In this document: in pieces, positions 60,257 to 64,000 of the stretch
Numbering within the stretch: position 1 is the stretch's first letter
Layout: every line of letters starts with the position of its first letter
From: an uncultured Gemmatimonadaceae bacterium
Lineage (GTDB): Bacteria; Gemmatimonadota; Gemmatimonadetes; Gemmatimonadales; Gemmatimonadaceae
DNA: 64,000 bases
Direction of reading: 5' to 3'
Assembly (NCBI GenBank): GCA_963817955.1
Contig: CAWFQK010000009.1
Span: 128,001-192,000, forward strand
Translations under genes and position numbers: made by a program
The notes under the pieces: model-generated
What the model was told of the DNA's origin: nothing
The model's input: only the letters and a program-made list of their open reading frames with translations
The model's database searches: none

Positions 60257-61864
60257 ATGCACGCTTTGAACCTGCATCGCTGGCTGCGCGTGTCAACTCT
60301 GCTCGTCGCGTCGGCGCTTGCAGCGCCGGGGTGTTTCGCCGCTCCGCGCGCTCCCGATACGATCGTGTATGCGTCCGGTAGCGATCTCGAGTCGGGCAAC
60401 CCGCTTGTGACCATCCATTCGTTGTCGCGACAGATTCAACGCTTCGCTCTCTTCGTGACGCTGGCGCGCTACGACTTGGGCATAGCTCCGACGCCGTATG
60501 CCGCCCGGCGCTGGAACTGGTCCGGTGATCGGCGGACGCTGACGCTGCATCTCGTGACGGGCCTCCGGTGGCATGACGGTGTGCCGACGACGGCCCGTGA
60601 CGTCGCGTTCACGCTCGATGCGGCACGCGATCCGGCAACGGGATACTGGCGTGCCTCCGATCTCGCGGGCATCGACACCGTGACCGTGCTGAACGATTCG
60701 ACGGCCGATGTTCACTTTACTGCGCCCCAGCCGGAATTCCCGCTCATCTTCTGCGAGCTTCCCATCATACCGGAGCACCTGCTCCGTGGAGTGGCGCACC
60801 GCGACATGAGGCGAGCGTCCTTCAATCTGGCGCCTGTCGGAAACGGCCCGTTCAAGTTCGTCGAGCGGCGTGCTGGGGAGCGGTGGGTGTTTCAGCGCAA
60901 TAGTGATTTCCCCGCCGAGTTGGGCGGGCCTCCGCGCCTGCGAACGCTGGTGGTGAGCGTCGTGGACGAACCGACCACCAAGTTCGCCGGCTTGGCGAGC
61001 GGGGATCTCGACGTCGCGGGAATTGCGCCGAGCATGGCCGCGCTCGCCGCACGCGATCCGTCTCTGCGCGTGCTCGACTATCCAGTCCTCTTCACGACTG
61101 GCTTGGTGTTCAACGTCGCGAAGCCGCCGTTCGATGATGCGCGCGTTCGACGCGCCGTTTCGCTGTCGATCGACCGCAACCGGATCGTTCGCGCGGCGCT
61201 CGCTGGATACGGTCGTCCGGCGGCGGGACCTGTTCCGCCGGAGAGTCCTCTGGCGTTGCCCGGCGCACCGATTCAAGACACGCTGGTTGCCGATTCTCTC
61301 TTCGACGCCGCCGGCTGGCGTCGCGGAGCAGACGGCATTCGTGTCAATGGCGCGCGCGTGTTCGATGTGGTTCTGCTGACGGTGGGAAGTGGCGACAACG
61401 CGCTCGAGCAGCTCGTGCAGGCCGATCTCGCGGCTCGTGGAGTGCGCGTCGAAATCCGGCAAGTGGAGCTCGGCACGTTTCTCAGCGACGCACGCTCGTC
61501 ACGAAAACCATTTGACGTCCTGGTCGCCGGTATACCGGGAGACGTATCTCTCTCATTCCTCGGGGCCATGTTCGAGTCGCGGCAAGCCGGAGGTGCGCTC
61601 GACTACGCTGGCTACCACTCACCGGCACTCGACCGGTTGTTTGCCGGTGCGCGGGAGGCGACGAGCGACAGCGCACGCGTTCGTGCCTGGCGCGAGGTGC
61701 AGGCATTCCTCGGCCAGGAGATGCCGGTTGCCTGGATCTACCACTCGCGTGGACTAGCGGGCATGTCGGCGAGACTTCGCAACGTACGTATGGACCTTCG
61801 CGGCGAGCTGGCGACGCTTTCGCAGTGGCAGGTCGGACCGCTCCCGCGCGCGACTCCGCAATGA
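60257..61864 (+). CDS. Peptide ABC substrate-binding protein (family 5)
   Basis: WHDG.P.TA.DV.FT, VGNGPF, PFDD.RVR.A; lipoprotein-like N-terminus. True start may be slightly downstream. Confidence 0.9.
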   Translation: MHALNLHRWLRVSTLLVASALAAPGCFAAPRAPDTIVYASGSDLESGNPLVTIHSLSRQIQRFALFVTLARYDLGIAPTPYAARRWNWSGDRRTLTLHLVTGLRWHDGVPTTARDVAFTLDAARDPATGYWRASDLAGIDTVTVLNDSTADVHFTAPQPEFPLIFCELPIIPEHLLRGVAHRDMRRASFNLAPVGNGPFKFVERRAGERWVFQRNSDFPAELGGPPRLRTLVVSVVDEPTTKFAGLASGDLDVAGIAPSMAALAARDPSLRVLDYPVLFTTGLVFNVAKPPFDDARVRRAVSLSIDRNRIVRAALAGYGRPAAGPVPPESPLALPGAPIQDTLVADSLFDAAGWRRGADGIRVNGARVFDVVLLTVGSGDNALEQLVQADLAARGVRVEIRQVELGTFLSDARSSRKPFDVLVAGIPGDVSLSFLGAMFESRQAGGALDYAGYHSPALDRLFAGAREATSDSARVRAWREVQAFLGQEMPVAWIYHSRGLAGMSARLRNVRMDLRGELATLSQWQVGPLPRATPQ

Positions 61865-64000
61865 GTCTTCTCATAGACGATGCAGGTCTGCTGGCGCGTC
61901 GCGCCGCCGCCGCCGGGCCGCTCGAGCCCCTGGCGGCGTCGCTCGCGGCCGATCTCGATGTCGTGCTCGCGCGGCCCCTGTACATTCCCGCGGAGAAGGC
62001 GCTGTTGTCGCGCGAGGGGGGACGCTGCCCGCGCGACGGAACGATGCTGGAGTTCGATCCGTTCGAACCGCACGAGCATCGCTGTCCGATCTGTGGCGCC
62101 ACGTATCGCGGCGATCTGCACGACCGTTGGTGGATCTACTGGTACCAGCTGTGGCTGGCCGAACGCGCCGTACATGGCGCCGTGCTTGCCTCGGTCACCG
62201 GCCTGAAATGCTATGCGACGTTTGCGGCCGATATCCTGCGCGGCTACGCCGATCGATATGCGTCATATCCCAACGTGGACAACGTGCTCGGACCCTCGCG
62301 GCTGTTCTTCAGTACCTATCTCGAATCAATCTGGTTGCTGCAAATCTGCGTGGCATGCGATCTGCTCGGGCCGGCGCACGCTACGCTTGCCGCGCGGGTG
62401 CGGAGCGAAATCATTGAGCCGAGCCGGAAGATCATTCTCGAGTACGACGAGGGCGCGTCGAACCGTCAGGTCTGGAATGACGTTGCGCTGCTCGCGGCCG
62501 CGCGCCTGCTCGAGGACCAGCGCGGGGCGGACGCGGCGATGTACGGTGCCTCCGGAATCGTCGCCCATTTGCGCGGCGGGTTGCTGAGCGACGGCAGTTG
62601 GTACGAAGGAGAGAATTACCATCTATTCGCGCATCGCGGCCTCTGGTATGGCGTGACGATGGCCGAGCAGGCAGGGCTCGAGATTCCGGATGTATTGATC
62701 GACCGGTTCCAGCGCGGCTTCACCACGCCCTTCGCCACCGCGTTGCCGGATTTCACGCTTCCGTCGCGCCGTGACTCGCAGTACGCCATCTCACTGCGCC
62801 AATGGCGCATTGCCGAGCATTGCGAGCTTGGGCTTGCACGCGTCGAGGATCGGATACTCATCGGCGCGCTCTATCGCATGTATCATGACGATGTCCCGCG
62901 CATCGAGACAGGCCGGCGCAATTCCTCTGCCGACGTCGAGCGCAACGCATCTCCATCCGCACTGTCGCGCGCCGACCTGAGTTGGCGCGGGTTGCTCTGT
63001 GCGCGCCCGACGCTGCCGACGCTCACGCCAGCCGCCCAACGCTCCGCACTACTCGACGCTCAAGGTATCGCAGTCTTTCGCCGTAACGCCGGACAGACGT
63101 ACGTCGCGCTCGACTACGGACACGGCGGGGGCGGACACGGCCACCCTGATCGTCTCAATCTCCTCGTCGCCGACGGTGCGACGCGCTGGCTGGACGACTA
63201 TGGCACCGGATCGTACGTCGACCCATCGCTGCACTGGTATCGCAGCACGCTGGCGCACAATGCCCCCCTCGTCGACGGACGTTCGCAGCAACGTACGGAC
63301 GGTACACTCCTCGCGCACGACGAGCGCGGAGCTGTCGGATGGATCGTTGCCGCCGTTGAAGGGCTGGCGCGGGCCGCCAACGCGAAGCGGACGGTCGTCG
63401 TGATGTCCGAGTATCTCGTGGACGAGCTCGAGTGGGATGCGGACGGACCCGTCACGATTGATCTGCCCGTGCACGCCGACCTCGCCTTCGACCAAGGCGT
63501 GACGATGCTGCACGCGGCCGAACTGCGTGGAGGGGACGGCAACGAGGATGGGTTTCGCTTCGCGCACGACACCGCCGTGCAGCGCGCGACCCGCGGGAGC
63601 ACGGTGCGCGGAGCTGTGCGCCATAGCAATGGCGCCACGTTGTGCTTCTGGTCCACCTCCAACCGCGATGTCGAGTGGTGGCACGCCACGGCACCGGGCG
63701 CGCCGGGCCACGGCGAACGCGCGTTCCGCGTTGCTCGCATGACGGGCAGCCGCGGGTATTTACGTTCACTCCTTGCCTGGTCGGTTGACGTCGTGGACGT
63801 GGCGTTCGGCGAGGCGTTGCGTGTTGCACTCGCCGATGGGTCGTCGCACGTGCATCGTCGGACCAAGGATAGTTGGCAGGTTGAATTGCGCGCCGGCGAG
63901 GCACGGAGCAGCATCGACCTCCGCGGCGTCGTCTCCGAGACGCCGGCGTTCGTCCCCGATGTCCGCACGCCAGTGGCTCCGGCCTCAATCTCCATTGATA
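61861..64000 (+). CDS. Heparinase II/III-like (polysaccharide lyase) protein, runs off the window end
   Basis: Absent from the ORF track because there is no stop in the window. Hand translation from ATG 61861 (overlapping the SBP stop): MSLLIDDAGLLARR...CPRDG...HRCPICG...SNRQVWN...DGSWYEGENYH...DYGHGGGGHGHPDRL...STLAHN. Confidence 0.8.
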   Translation, partial: MSLLIDDAGLLARRAAAAGPLEPLAASLAADLDVVLARPLYIPAEKALLSREGGRCPRDGTMLEFDPFEPHEHRCPICGATYRGDLHDRWWIYWYQLWLAERAVHGAVLASVTGLKCYATFAADILRGYADRYASYPNVDNVLGPSRLFFSTYLESIWLLQICVACDLLGPAHATLAARVRSEIIEPSRKIILEYDEGASNRQVWNDVALLAAARLLEDQRGADAAMYGASGIVAHLRGGLLSDGSWYEGENYHLFAHRGLWYGVTMAEQAGLEIPDVLIDRFQRGFTTPFATALPDFTLPSRRDSQYAISLRQWRIAEHCELGLARVEDRILIGALYRMYHDDVPRIETGRRNSSADVERNASPSALSRADLSWRGLLCARPTLPTLTPAAQRSALLDAQGIAVFRRNAGQTYVALDYGHGGGGHGHPDRLNLLVADGATRWLDDYGTGSYVDPSLHWYRSTLAHNAPLVDGRSQQRTDGTLLAHDERGAVGWIVAAVEGLARAANAKRTVVVMSEYLVDELEWDADGPVTIDLPVHADLAFDQGVTMLHAAELRGGDGNEDGFRFAHDTAVQRATRGSTVRGAVRHSNGATLCFWSTSNRDVEWWHATAPGAPGHGERAFRVARMTGSRGYLRSLLAWSVDVVDVAFGEALRVALADGSSHVHRRTKDSWQVELRAGEARSSIDLRGVVSETPAFVPDVRTPVAPASISID

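Overview
GC-rich bacterial window; the housekeeping gene content suggests a Gemmatimonadota-like host (inference, not verified). The first ~20.7 kb is a complete type I-F CRISPR-Cas locus in a non-canonical order: cas2-3, cas8f, cas5f, cas7f, cas6f, cas1, then a short leader and the array. The array has 124 repeats and 123 spacers by hand count (28-bp repeat GTTCACCGCCGTGTAGGCGGCTTAGAAG). It is interrupted twice: an IS21-family element sits inside a spacer (6-bp target duplication) and an IS701-like element sits inside a repeat (5-bp duplication). Two spacer pairs differ only by synonymous changes, recording repeated targeting of allelic invaders. The rest is ordinary metabolism and transport: fused 2-oxoacid dehydrogenase E1, paaG/H/J/Z, secreted hydrolases and peptidases, thrBC, pdxH, speA, sod, dedA, GH38, a peptide ABC transporter and a truncated heparinase II/III-like gene. 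This part also holds an IS481 nested in a long inverted repeat, a palindromic cassette in the paa cluster, a ~1.2 kb 21-bp-periodic degenerate array upstream of a broken gene, and two single-base frameshifts that may be assembly errors.
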